A DNA stretch of 64,000 nt from an uncultured Candidatus Rokubacteria bacterium (lineage in GTDB: Bacteria > Methylomirabilota > Methylomirabilia > Rokubacteriales > CSP1-6), in the NCBI GenBank assembly GCA_963789955.1, contig CAWBMV010000037.1:128001-192000 (forward strand), written 5' to 3'. Below are positions 9,446 to 19,563 of the stretch, in pieces. Under the pieces are notes generated by a model that was given only the letters and a program-made list of their open reading frames with translations, made no database searches and was not told the origin of the DNA. Position 1 is the first letter of the stretch. Each line of letters opens with the position of its first letter. The translations under genes and the position numbers were made by a program.

Positions 9446-10306
9446 CTACTGGGCCAACGCGGCGGGCCCTTCGGCTCCCCCAACGGACAAGGTCGCGACG
9501 AGCCCGAGCACCAGGGCCGCGTACGCGAGCGCGATCAGCGCGCGCTGGCGCGGAGTCAGCGCGTCGTACTCGGATCCGGGATTCCGCCAGCGCTGCACCA
9601 CCGACCAGAGGCCGACGATCAGGACGAGGAGGAGAATCGGCGACCGGCTGGCCAGGAGCGCGACGATCCCGACGGCGTAGCCGATCACCCAGTACGTGCG
9701 CGTGAAGGCGGTCACGATGCGGCCGCCGTCGAGCGGCGGCACCGGGATCAGGTTGAAGAGATTGATCAGGACCGCGCTGTGGCCGAGCGCGCGCAGCAGC
9801 GGGAGCTCGAGCTCGATCCCGGCCCAGAGCGTCGCCCAGGCGGCGAGCGAGCCGGCGATCGGGCCCGCCATGGCCACCCTGGCCTCGACGGCGGCGTTGC
9901 GCGGTTGGCCCTTCATCGCGATGAAGGCGCCGACGAACGGGATGAACACGGGCGCGCCGGCCGGAATGCCCTCGAGCCGCATCGCGACGGCGTGGCCCAT
10001 CTCGTGGACGAAGATCAGCAGGACGAAGCCGGCGGCGAAGAGCCAGCCCCACTCGATCGCGTAGGCACCGATCGAGAGGAGCATGGTCGCAAGCGTCTTG
10101 AACTTCAGCACGCCCGCCAGCAGACCCAGGAGCTTGGCCTTGCCGAGGACGAAGAGCAGGCCGGCGCCGGCGACCCCCGCCGCCGTTCTGCCGGCGTGCG
10201 ACGACCGAGCTTCGTCCTGAGCCTTCGGCTGCTGAAGTCTCTGGTACACCGCCCGGAGATTCTCGATCTCGCGGGCGCGGCGCTCGGCCTCGGACGGCTC
10301 GGTCAC
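9446..10306 (-). CDS. Site-2 protease (M50) family intramembrane metalloprotease
   Basis: Motifs HEMGH and FNLIPVPPLDGG; TM helices. Confidence 0.9.
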   Translation of the reverse strand: MTEPSEAERRAREIENLRAVYQRLQQPKAQDEARSSHAGRTAAGVAGAGLLFVLGKAKLLGLLAGVLKFKTLATMLLSIGAYAIEWGWLFAAGFVLLIFVHEMGHAVAMRLEGIPAGAPVFIPFVGAFIAMKGQPRNAAVEARVAMAGPIAGSLAAWATLWAGIELELPLLRALGHSAVLINLFNLIPVPPLDGGRIVTAFTRTYWVIGYAVGIVALLASRSPILLLVLIVGLWSVVQRWRNPGSEYDALTPRQRALIALAYAALVLGLVATLSVGGAEGPAALAQ

Positions 10307-10903
10307 GCCGGCGGCAGCTTGATCGGACGCGGGATGAACCAGGCCTCGTACATGATGATGCCGAGGAACACGAGCTTCATGATCCCGAAGTTCGCCGCGA
10401 TGACGTGATAGAACGCGTTGAGGCTCGGCGGCGGAAAGGTCACGCGAAACGCCTCACCGCGCTGCGCGAGCGCGGCGTTGATGAAACGTCATGTTGACGA
10501 GAAAGACGGCCACGAGGAAGGACAGCGCGCCGACCGTCACCGCCAGGATCTGAAGCCCGACGCTCCGCTTGCCGCCGGCGAAGCGGAGCGTGCCGTGGCC
10601 GACGAGCAGGCCGATGACCACCGCCACCAGCCCGAAGCCGATCTTGGTCATCGCGGTGACGCCCCACCACGCGAGCGCGCCGGCGGTGCCGCCGAGGATG
10701 GCGCCGACCGCCGCCATCGGGTAGTTGATGTCCTGTGACAGGGCGGCGACACCCGTCCGGACCTGAAGCTTGAGGATGTCGAAGCACGTGCGGCAGAACA
10801 CGCGGTCGCCCGCGGGGACCCGCTCGCTCTCGCTGAGCGCCGACTGGCAGCGCCCGCACCTCGTGGCGACCGGCATCGTCGTGGCTGGGTTCACATCGGC
10901 CAT
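10303..10903 (-). CDS. Membrane protein with an N-terminal CxxC...CxxC zinc ribbon (frameshift near 10490)
   Basis: CGRC...CRTC followed by 3-4 TM helices. The C-terminus ...PRPIKLPPA* overlaps the S2P start (GTGA). Confidence 0.6.
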
Positions 10904-11109
10904 GATGGGCCTCCCTCGCGAAAATCTGGGATAGATCCACGATAGATTCCGGGTCGCGGCAGGGTCAACTATTGCGGCCCACCGGCGCGCTCGCGAAACG
11001 ACACCGCCGGTCGGGCTCGGCGCCTCGCCACATGCGGTCCGTAGTGCCGCCGCGGGCTACACTGGGCGCACGCCATGCGAACTTCGTCCCGCGGCGCGCG
11101 GAGCACGAC

Positions 11110-11511
11110 GTGACTCAGTTCGCGACGACGCGCCGTCCGCACGAGCGAACCGTCGCGGCGCCGGACGGCTCGGACGTCCGAGTCCTGCTGGGCCTCGCCG
11201 GCGGCGGCATGGCCGAGTTCGAGCTGGCCGCCGGACTGGTATCCGCGGCGATCACTCACCGAACGGTCGAAGAAATCTGGTACGTCCTGACCGGCCGGGG
11301 CGAGATGTGGCGGCGCCAGGATTCGCGCGAAGAAGTCGTCGCCCTGGAGCCCGGCGTCTGCCTCACGATTCCGCGGGGCACCCACTTTCAGTTCCGAGCG
11401 CTCGGCGACACCGCGCTGCGAGTCATCGGCGTCACGATGCCCCCCTGGCCCGGCGCCGACGAAGCGATCGCCGTGAAAGGCCCGTGGACCGTCAGCCCTT
11501 CAGGGCGCTGA
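11110..11511 (+). CDS. Cupin domain protein
   Basis: Motifs THRTVEEIWYVLTGRG and PRGTHFQFR. Confidence 0.8.
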   Translation: MTQFATTRRPHERTVAAPDGSDVRVLLGLAGGGMAEFELAAGLVSAAITHRTVEEIWYVLTGRGEMWRRQDSREEVVALEPGVCLTIPRGTHFQFRALGDTALRVIGVTMPPWPGADEAIAVKGPWTVSPSGR

Positions 11512-12340
11512 CCCTGACTCCTTCGACGATTCGTCGGTTGGCCACCAGGAACACGATCAGCAGCGGCAGCGCGCTCAGGACCGCACCGGCCATGATCGGC
11601 CCGTACGACTCCGCCGCGTAGGCCCCGCGCAGCAGCGCCAGCGCGACGGGCAGCGGGAACATGTCGGGCTTGTTGACCGCGATCAGCGGCCACAGAAAAT
11701 CGTTCCACGCCGACCGGAAGGCAAAGATCGCGAGCGCGCCGAGAACCGGCTGCGAGAGCGGCAGCACGATGCGGGTGAAGATCTGCCAGGGATCGGCGCC
11801 GTCGATGCGCGCCGCGTCCTCGAGCTCGGACGGAATCGTCAGGAAGAACTGGCGGAGCAGGAAGACGCCGAACGCGAACGTCATCGCCGCCTCGGGAACG
11901 ATGAGCCCCTGATACGTGCTGAGCCAGCCGAGCCGCTGCACGAGCACGTACTGCGGCACCAGGATCACCGCGTTCGGGATCATGAGGCTGCCGACGAGCA
12001 GCCCGAAGATCAGGCTGCGGCCGCGAAAGCGCATCCGCGCGAGCGGATAGGCGGCCATCGCGCTGGTCAGCACGACCACCGCCACCGAGCCGAGCGACAC
12101 CACGGTGCTGTTGAAGAACGCGCGGCCGATGCGCGCCGTGCGCGAGCTGCTGAAGAGCACCTCGCCGTAGTGCGCGATCGTCACCGGCCACGGGATCCAC
12201 TCGGGCGGCACGCGCACGATGTTCTCGGTCAGCTTCAGCGAGGTCACCAGCACCCACACCGCGGGCAGCAGCCAGGCGATCGCCACGAGCACCATGAGCC
12301 CGGTGAGACACGCGCGCCAGAGGCGAGCCGATCGGCCCAT
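11492..12340 (-). CDS. Carbohydrate ABC transporter permease (MalG-like)
   Basis: Motifs ELEDAARIDGA and WNDFLWP. Confidence 0.9.
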   Translation of the reverse strand: MGRSARLWRACLTGLMVLVAIAWLLPAVWVLVTSLKLTENIVRVPPEWIPWPVTIAHYGEVLFSSSRTARIGRAFFNSTVVSLGSVAVVVLTSAMAAYPLARMRFRGRSLIFGLLVGSLMIPNAVILVPQYVLVQRLGWLSTYQGLIVPEAAMTFAFGVFLLRQFFLTIPSELEDAARIDGADPWQIFTRIVLPLSQPVLGALAIFAFRSAWNDFLWPLIAVNKPDMFPLPVALALLRGAYAAESYGPIMAGAVLSALPLLIVFLVANRRIVEGVRVSALKG

Positions 12341-12347
12341 GTCGGCG

Positions 12348-13235
12348 TCAGTACTGCGTGTGGCCGCGCAGCAGCCGGAACTGGAGCAGCGAGAACGCGA
12401 GGATGATCAGGAACAGCACCCACGCCATGGCCGAGGCCGAGCCGAAGTGGAAGAAGTTCTGGAAGGCGGTCTCGTAGAGGTGCTGGACCACGGTCCGCGT
12501 CGCGTCGCCCGGTCCGCCGTTGGTGAGGACGAACACCTGGCCGAAGATCTGGAACGAGCCGATGACGTGAGTCACCAGCACGAAGAGAAAGACCGGGCGC
12601 AGCAGCGGCATCGTGATCGACCAGAAGCTGCGCCACCCGCCGGCGCCGTCGAGCGCCGCCGCCTCGTAGAGCTCACGCGGAATGTCCTGGAGGCCGGCCA
12701 GGTAGATCACGAGGTAGTACCCGGTCACCCACCACACGGTCGTCAGGATGATCGCCCACATCGCGGTGTTCGGATCGGCGAGCCACGAGCGAACGGGAAT
12801 GCCGGCCGCGCGCAGATAGTAGGTCGACGGACCGATCACGGGGTCGAGCAGCCAGAGCCACGTGAGGCCGACCGTGACGACCGACAACGTGAACGGAAAG
12901 AAGAACGCGCCGCGCAGGAACGTCCGCAGCGCCACGCCGCGATTCAGCGCCACCGCCAGCAGAAGCGGGACGGCCAGGATCGGGATGGTGCTGGCGATCG
13001 TGTAGTAGGCGGTATTCAGAAGGCTCACGTGAAACCGCGTGTCGTCGAGGAGCCGCGCGTAGTTCGCGGTGCCCACGAACACGTGCTGGGCGCGGCCGAG
13101 CCGCGCGTTGGTGAACGAGAGCCAGAGGCCCTCGAGCAATGGATAGACGCGGAAGACCGCGAACAGGGCCAGGCCGGGCGCCAGGAACAGGTAGGGTGTC
13201 CAGGCGCCTCGGCGGCGCGCGCGGCGCGGCTTCAC
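12348..13235 (-). CDS. Carbohydrate ABC transporter permease (MalF-like)
   Basis: Motifs LAGLQDIPRELYEAAALDGA and TNGGPG. Confidence 0.9.
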   Translation of the reverse strand: MKPRRARRRGAWTPYLFLAPGLALFAVFRVYPLLEGLWLSFTNARLGRAQHVFVGTANYARLLDDTRFHVSLLNTAYYTIASTIPILAVPLLLAVALNRGVALRTFLRGAFFFPFTLSVVTVGLTWLWLLDPVIGPSTYYLRAAGIPVRSWLADPNTAMWAIILTTVWWVTGYYLVIYLAGLQDIPRELYEAAALDGAGGWRSFWSITMPLLRPVFLFVLVTHVIGSFQIFGQVFVLTNGGPGDATRTVVQHLYETAFQNFFHFGSASAMAWVLFLIILAFSLLQFRLLRGHTQY

Positions 13236-13247
13236 CGGGCTCGCGGG

Positions 13248-14519
13248 CTAGTCGGGCAGCGCGTTGATCTGCCGCGCCAGCTCGCCCATGGCCGCGGCGG
13301 CCGGCTTCTGGCCGATGTAGACGTTCTCGATGACCGGCCGGGTGATGTTTTCCGCCGCGACCCACTTCGGCGTGGGCTGCCCCGACTGCCACTGCCCGGC
13401 TTGCGCGAGCAAGGTGCGGAAGACGGGATCGCCGGTGATGCGCGGGTCGCTGTGCGGCTTGCGGAGCGCGGAGACCTGCCCGGCCTTCAGGGTCCACTCC
13501 GCCACGTGATCGCTCATCCAGCGGATGTGGGCCCACGCCGCGTCGCGCTTCGCCGCGTCGACCGCCTTTTTCTTCGGCAAGGTGAACTGGTGCGGCATCG
13601 TCCACACCGTCGCCTGCTTGAAGATGCGCGGCACCGGCGCCGCGACGAAATCGACCTTGGCCTCGCGCAGCCCCGTGAAATTCCACGAGCCGGCGATCCA
13701 GAGGCCGAGCTTGCCGGCGATGAACGCGTCACGGCAGTTGGCGTTCGACGGCGGCGCGATCTTGTGCTGGTTCTGGATCGCGCTCCAGAACTCGGCCACC
13801 TCGATCGCCGCGGGCTCCCCGAGGCCGGACTTCTTGAGGTCCGCCGCGTAGACGTTCGCGCCGTTCTGCCAGAGCAGGTTGTGGAAGCCCCAGGTGTAGC
13901 GGCCCGGGTTGACGGTGCCGATGGAGAACCCGAAGGTGTCGCCCTTCGTGATCTGCTTGCCCATCGCCAGCACTTCGTCGCGTGTCGTGGGAATCTTCGG
14001 CTTGCCGTCCGGTCCGGCGAGACCGGCGTCGCGCAGCACCTTGGTGTTCACGTAGAGGAGATGCTGAGGCACGTCGAGCGGGATCGAGTACCGCTTGCCC
14101 TGATACGTCCCGCCCTGCCACGTCGACGGCAGATAGTCCTCTGCCTTGAAGCCCTTCGCGGCTGCCGTCGCCTCCGCCATCGGCTCGAGAATGCCGTCGC
14201 TGGCGAAATGCGGAACCTCGACCGTGTGGATCAGCGCCAGATCCGGGCCCTCGTCGGCCGGCACCGCGACCTGCAGCTTCGCGTAGAGATCCGCCCAGAC
14301 GATCCGCTGCTGCTCCATGCGGATGCCGGTGTCGCGCGTGAACTGGTCGATGAGCTCGTCCATGATCTTGCCGTCGGCGCCGGTGAGCCCGTTCCAGTAG
14401 GTGATGGTGGGCTTCGCCTGGGCCGAGGCGCGGCGTGAGCCGAGCGTGAGCGCAGTGGCGCCGACCGCGGCGCCTCCGAGGAAGCGACGGCGGCTGAGCG
14501 ACGATGTCGGCTTTGACAT
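13248..14519 (-). CDS. Sugar ABC substrate-binding protein with a Tat signal
   Basis: Twin-arginine motif SRRRFLG, WNGLTGADG, and operon context. Confidence 0.85.
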   Translation of the reverse strand: MSKPTSSLSRRRFLGGAAVGATALTLGSRRASAQAKPTITYWNGLTGADGKIMDELIDQFTRDTGIRMEQQRIVWADLYAKLQVAVPADEGPDLALIHTVEVPHFASDGILEPMAEATAAAKGFKAEDYLPSTWQGGTYQGKRYSIPLDVPQHLLYVNTKVLRDAGLAGPDGKPKIPTTRDEVLAMGKQITKGDTFGFSIGTVNPGRYTWGFHNLLWQNGANVYAADLKKSGLGEPAAIEVAEFWSAIQNQHKIAPPSNANCRDAFIAGKLGLWIAGSWNFTGLREAKVDFVAAPVPRIFKQATVWTMPHQFTLPKKKAVDAAKRDAAWAHIRWMSDHVAEWTLKAGQVSALRKPHSDPRITGDPVFRTLLAQAGQWQSGQPTPKWVAAENITRPVIENVYIGQKPAAAAMGELARQINALPD

Positions 14520-14609
14520 GACTTCTCCTCTGACTCGAGGCACATCCAGTGACCGTGCGGGAGTATAACAGGGCGGCGGGACGTCCCTTCACTCTCGCGG
14601 GAGGACTCA

Positions 14610-16106
14610 ATGGCCCGGATCGGCATCGACCTGACCAGGCGGATCGGCACCGTGGACCGCCGCATCTTCGGAAACTTCATCGAGCACCTCGGCCGCTGCA
14701 TCTACGGCGGCATCTACGAGGAAGGCTCGCCGCTGAGCGACGCCGCGGGCTTTCGCCGCGACGTGCTCGACGCGGTCCGCCCGCTCCGCGTGCCGGTGCT
14801 CCGGTGGCCGGGCGGCAACTTCGTGAGCGGCTACCACTGGCTCGACGGCGTCGGGCCCGCGGCCGAGCGCCCGCGGCGCATGGAGCTGGCCTGGCACGCC
14901 GAGGAATCCAATCGCTTCGGCACCAACGAGTTCATCCAGTACTGCCGCGTGATCGGCGCCGAGCCCTACATCTGCGTGAACATGGGCTCGGGCACGATGG
15001 ACGAGGCGCAGGCGTGGCTCGAGTACTGCAACGGCACGGGCAACACGCACTGGGCGAACCTGCGCCGCGCGCACGGCTACCCCGAGCCGCACCGCGTCCA
15101 CTACTGGGGCCTCGGCAACGAGATGTACGGCGGCTGGCAGATCGGCAGCCTGAGCGCCGAGGACTACGTGAAGAAGGCCAAGAGCTTCGCGTTCGTGATG
15201 AAGCGGACCGACCCCAGCATCGAGCTGATCGGCTGCGGCCACAACGGCGTGAGCGACTGGGACGTGACGGTGCTCGACGGCCTGGCGCCGTTCGTCGACT
15301 ACCACAGCATTCATCTCTACACGGGCCAGCGCGACCACTACGCGACCGTGTTCCAGTCGCACCAGGCCGAGCGCGCCGTCCGGATCTGCGCCGCGATGAT
15401 CGAGCGCGTGCGGCACGTGCAGCGCATCGAGCACCCGATCGCCATCGCCTTCGACGAATGGAACGTGTGGCATCGCACGCGCAGCCTCGAGGACCGCATC
15501 GGCGGCGTCGAGGAGCGCTACAACCTGACCGACGCCCTCGCGATCGCGACGTACCTGAACGGGTTTCTTCGTCATTGCCGCGAGGTGCGGATCGCGAATC
15601 TCGCCCAGCTCGTGAACGCGATCGCGCCGATCTTCACCCGGCGCGACGGGCTGTTCTTGCAGACGATCTATCACCCGCTGCGCCTCTACGCGGAGCACAC
15701 GCGGGAGATCGCCCTGGATGTGGCCGTGGAGAGCCCCACTCACGAGCTGGCCCCCGGACAGGAAGAGAGCGGCTGGGGTCGCGTGCACCACGTCGCCGAC
15801 CTCGGGCCGTTCTCGATGCTCGACGCCACCGCCACCTGCGACCCGAGCGGAACGCAGCTGACCATCGCGGTGGTCAACCGGGATCGCGACCGCGCGCATC
15901 GGGCGTCGATCGAGCTGGGCGAGGCCGCCGCGAAGGGCGATGCGCTGGTGTCCGAGGTCAACGGCGCCGGTGTCGAGGCGACCAACTCGTTCGACACCCC
16001 GCGAGCCGTCGACGTGCGCGAGAGCCGAGTCTCGGCCCGGGGCCATCGCTTCGAGCACGAGTTCCCGGCGCACTCGATCAGCGTGCTCCGCGTGCCGCTC
16101 GGCTGA
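14610..16106 (+). CDS. abfA: Alpha-L-arabinofuranosidase (GH51)
   Basis: Motifs FIEHLGRCIYGG, RWPGGNF, LGNE, FDEWN and AQLVN. Confidence 0.9.
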   Translation: MARIGIDLTRRIGTVDRRIFGNFIEHLGRCIYGGIYEEGSPLSDAAGFRRDVLDAVRPLRVPVLRWPGGNFVSGYHWLDGVGPAAERPRRMELAWHAEESNRFGTNEFIQYCRVIGAEPYICVNMGSGTMDEAQAWLEYCNGTGNTHWANLRRAHGYPEPHRVHYWGLGNEMYGGWQIGSLSAEDYVKKAKSFAFVMKRTDPSIELIGCGHNGVSDWDVTVLDGLAPFVDYHSIHLYTGQRDHYATVFQSHQAERAVRICAAMIERVRHVQRIEHPIAIAFDEWNVWHRTRSLEDRIGGVEERYNLTDALAIATYLNGFLRHCREVRIANLAQLVNAIAPIFTRRDGLFLQTIYHPLRLYAEHTREIALDVAVESPTHELAPGQEESGWGRVHHVADLGPFSMLDATATCDPSGTQLTIAVVNRDRDRAHRASIELGEAAAKGDALVSEVNGAGVEATNSFDTPRAVDVRESRVSARGHRFEHEFPAHSISVLRVPLG

Positions 16107-16191
16107 GCCCGCCCGCAATCGCGGTGATAGAATCCGCTTCACCGGGCCGAGCTCGCGGCTCCGAGTGACGCGCGTAGGAATCGAGGACGAC

Positions 16192-17022
16192 ATGGCCGAC
16201 GCACAGCGCTTCGACATACCGGATAGCTGGGGACTGAACGACAAGGTCGCGATCGTGACCGGCGGCGGCGCCGCCGGTGACGGCATCGGGAACGGCCGCG
16301 CCGCGGCGCTCCTGCTGGCGCGTGCCGGCACGCGCGTGATCGTGGTCGACCGCGACGTCGCGCTCGCGAAGCGGACGGTCGAGATGATCGAGGCCGGCGG
16401 CGGCCAGGGCCTCGCCTTCCAGGCGGACATGACCCGCGCGTCCGACTGCGCGGCCGTCGTCGAAGCCGCGATGGACCGCTATGGCCGGCTCGACTATCTG
16501 GACAACAACGTCGGCATCGGCAGCCGCGGCTCCGTCGTCGACGAGACCGAGGAGAGCTGGCGGCGGCTCATGAACGTCAACGTCGACACGATGTTCCTCG
16601 CGGCGAAGCACGCGATCCCCGCGATGCGGCGCACGGGCGGCGGCGCGATCGTCAACGTGTCGTCGATCTCCGCGCTGCGTCCGCGTGGTCTCACCGCCTA
16701 CTCCGTCTCGAAGGGCGCGGTCATCGCGCTGACCAAGGCGATGGCGGTCGACCACGGGCCCGAGGGCATCCGCGTGAACTGCGTCGCGCCCGGGCCCGTC
16801 TACACGCCCATGGTCTATCAGCGGGGCATGAGCCCGGCGGCGCGCGATCGCCGGCGGACCGCCTCGGCCCTCAAGGTCGAAGGCACGGGCTGGGACATCG
16901 GGCACGCCGTGCGCTTCCTCATGTCGGACTACGCGCGCTACATCACCGGCCACGTGCTCGTCGTGGACGGCGGCGCGACCCTGTCAGGCCCCGAACGCGA
17001 CGCCGGCGGGGCCGGCGGCTGA
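16192..17022 (+). CDS. SDR family oxidoreductase
   Basis: Motifs TGG..G.G.G, NNVG, YSVSK and RVNCVAPG. Confidence 0.88.
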   Translation: MADAQRFDIPDSWGLNDKVAIVTGGGAAGDGIGNGRAAALLLARAGTRVIVVDRDVALAKRTVEMIEAGGGQGLAFQADMTRASDCAAVVEAAMDRYGRLDYLDNNVGIGSRGSVVDETEESWRRLMNVNVDTMFLAAKHAIPAMRRTGGGAIVNVSSISALRPRGLTAYSVSKGAVIALTKAMAVDHGPEGIRVNCVAPGPVYTPMVYQRGMSPAARDRRRTASALKVEGTGWDIGHAVRFLMSDYARYITGHVLVVDGGATLSGPERDAGGAGG

Positions 17023-17058
17023 AACCGGTCCAGTTTCAGCCGCCTGCCGCGCGGGGAG

Positions 17059-17421
17059 CTAGCTCGAGGACGAGCGGCTCAGATTGCGGGACCAGCCGCC
17101 CGACAGGACGAAGCGCGGGAACGTGATCCATTGCTCGGCGAAGAAGCGGCTCACGAAGTCGATCGGGCCCGCGAACGGCGTCGGAGCTTCGTGCTCGCGC
17201 CGGTGGCCGCGTCCCTGGATCACGACCGCCGCCACCATGCCGATGAGGGCGAGGCCCATCGCGAGGCCGGAGCGGTCGCGAGACCCACGATGAGCGTGAT
17301 CGACGGCGATCTCGAACAGCGGCACGGCGACGATGTGAAGCCGCAGATTGGTCCGGTCCTGGTGCTTCGCCGAGTAGTCGCTCCACTGCCATTCGAGCAA
17401 GCGCGGTCGAACCAGTCCCAT
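17059..17421 (-). CDS. Mpo1/DUF962-like small membrane protein (probable internal indels)
   Basis: Motifs Y..H..R.N...H, QGRGH..E and EQWITFPRF. Confidence 0.55.
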   Translation of the reverse strand: MGLVRPRLLEWQWSDYSAKHQDRTNLRLHIVAVPLFEIAVDHAHRGSRDRSGLAMGLALIGMVAAVVIQGRGHRREHEAPTPFAGPIDFVSRFFAEQWITFPRFVLSGGWSRNLSRSSSS

Positions 17422-17441
17422 CGGGCGTGCCCCTCCCGGCG

Positions 17442-18266
17442 ATGAGCCTACCGCCGCACGACCCGCTCCTCAATGCACGCCGCACCGGCTACACGCGGAG
17501 CGGGTTCGGCGCTCGCTATCACGCTCACCGGCCGAAACCGCCGGCGGCTCTCGTGGACGTGCTCCTGCAGCTGGCGGGCACGCGGCGGCCGCGGCTCGTC
17601 GTCGATCTCGGCAGCGGTACCGGCATCTCGACGATGCTCTGGGCGCCCCACGCCGAGCGCGTCGTCGGCGTCGAGCCGCTCGACGAGATGCGGAAGATCG
17701 CCGAAGCCGGCAACGCGTCTGCCAACGTGAGCTTCAAGGCCGGCGTCGCGCAGCAGACCGGAGTTGCGGACGGCGCCGCCGACATCGTGACGTGCGCCCA
17801 GTCGCTGCACCACACGGAGCCCGCGGGCACCATGGCGGAGATCGGCCGGATCTTGCGGCCGGGCGGCGTCTTCGCGGCGTACGACTACGACTGGCCGCCG
17901 ATGGTCCACTGGGAGGCCAACCAGGCGTTCGCCGTGTTCATGGACGGCATTCGCGCGCTCAGGACGAAGCACGGAATCCAGAGCGAGGAGGAACAGTGGG
18001 GCAAGGACGAGCACACCGACCGGATCGACCGGAGCGGCGTGTTCCGTCACGTCTCGGAGATCTCGTTGCACAACGTCGAGCGGTGCACGGCCGAGCGCCT
18101 GGTCGGGTTCGCGTGCACGATCGGCATCGTCCTGCCGGTGCTCGATCTCGGACTCTCCGACGGCGAGCTGGGATTGACGGCCCTGCGCGACGTCGCCGAG
18201 CGCACGCTCGGCGCGGACGGCCTGCCGTGGTACGTGAGCTATCGCGTCCGCGCGGCGGTCAAGTGA
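17442..18266 (+). CDS. Class I SAM-dependent methyltransferase
   Basis: Motifs VVDLGSGTG, AQSLH and RILRPGG. Confidence 0.85.
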   Translation: MSLPPHDPLLNARRTGYTRSGFGARYHAHRPKPPAALVDVLLQLAGTRRPRLVVDLGSGTGISTMLWAPHAERVVGVEPLDEMRKIAEAGNASANVSFKAGVAQQTGVADGAADIVTCAQSLHHTEPAGTMAEIGRILRPGGVFAAYDYDWPPMVHWEANQAFAVFMDGIRALRTKHGIQSEEEQWGKDEHTDRIDRSGVFRHVSEISLHNVERCTAERLVGFACTIGIVLPVLDLGLSDGELGLTALRDVAERTLGADGLPWYVSYRVRAAVK

Positions 18267-18834
18267 ATGCCGTCCGTCTTCTCGCACGCGATCGCCGCCG
18301 TCGCGGTGGGGGGCGCGGCGGTCGGCGGGCCGTCCCGCGTTCGCATCTGGGTCCTCGGCGCGCTCTGCGCCGTGGCGCCTGACCTCGACGTCGTCTCGTT
18401 CCTGTTCGGCATCCGCTACGGCGACATCCTGGGCCACCGTGGGCTCTCCCACTCGATCTTCTTCGCGGCCGTGCTGGCCACGGTCGTGACCATCTTCGTG
18501 CGCCACATCTGGCCGGAGAGCCCGGGCTGCCGCCAGGCTCTGGCCATTCTTCTTCGTGGCCACGGCCTCGCACGGATTGCTCGACTCGATGACCAACGGC
18601 GGCCTCGGCGTGGCGTTCTTCGCGCCGTTCTCCAACGATCGCTACTTTCTTCCCTGGCGGCCGATCCTGGTCTCGCCGATCTCGGTCCACGTGTTTCTGG
18701 GCTACCGCGGCATCAGGGTGATGTGGAGCGAGCTCGGCTGGATCTGGCTGCCAGGAGCGCTGCTCTTCCTGGCCGGTCTGGCGCTGCGACGGCGCCGCTC
18801 TCGAGAGCCCGTCGAGACACGCGGTCGAGACTAG
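18267..18834 (+). CDS. YdjM/YbcI-like inner-membrane metal-dependent hydrolase (frameshift near 18535)
   Basis: Motifs PDLD, GHRGLSHS and SHGLLDSMTNGG, spread over two frames. Confidence 0.8.
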
Positions 18835-18839
18835 CCGCT

Positions 18840-19562
18840 CTACTTGGCGAAGACCTCTTTCAGGAGAGAGGTCACGCGCGCCGCCGGGTCCGAGCGAATC
18901 TTGCGCTCCTCGTCCCCGACCACGTGGAAGAGGCCGTCGAGCGCCTTGCCGACGACGTAGCGATCGAGATCGTAGCTCTCGGTCTTCAAGAACGGGATCG
19001 CCTTGGCCTGGCCGAGCAGCTCGTTGTACTGCTTGACCGTGCCGACCTCGTCCATCGCGCGGTCGACGATCGGCCGAAACGCCAGGGTCAGCGAGGCTGA
19101 GGTCTTGCCCTTGAAGTAGTCGGTCGCCGCGGTCGGCGTCCCGTTGAGAATCCTCTGGGCATCGTCGATCGACATCTTCCCGATCGCGTCCCAGAAGATC
19201 TTCTTCGCTTCCGGCGCCGCGCGTTCCGCCGCGCGGTTCATGCTGAGCACGAGCTTGTCGACGTCGGACCCGTAGCCCGCCGCGCGCAGCCCCTTCTCGA
19301 CCGTGCGCAGCTTCTCGGGCATCAGGATCTTGATCGCCTGGTTGGAGAAGTAGCCGTCGGTCTTGCCCGTGAGCTTCACGGCGTTCTCGGTCCCGACCTG
19401 GAGCGCTTGCTTGAGCCCGGCACCGATCTTCGAGTCCGCCGACGTTCCGATTCCGGGCTTCGAGTAGGTCTCGACCTCCTTGAGAATCGAATCGAGCTGG
19501 GCCGAGGCGGGTGCGGCGGACAGCAGAACGAGCGCAGAGAGCAGCAGAATCACTCGTCGCAT
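18840..19562 (-). CDS. DUF4197 family exported protein
   Basis: Signal peptide; motifs GLKQAL, MNRAAE and EERKIRSDPAAR. Confidence 0.85.
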   Translation of the reverse strand: MRRVILLLSALVLLSAAPASAQLDSILKEVETYSKPGIGTSADSKIGAGLKQALQVGTENAVKLTGKTDGYFSNQAIKILMPEKLRTVEKGLRAAGYGSDVDKLVLSMNRAAERAAPEAKKIFWDAIGKMSIDDAQRILNGTPTAATDYFKGKTSASLTLAFRPIVDRAMDEVGTVKQYNELLGQAKAIPFLKTESYDLDRYVVGKALDGLFHVVGDEERKIRSDPAARVTSLLKEVFAK

Positions 19563-19563
19563 G

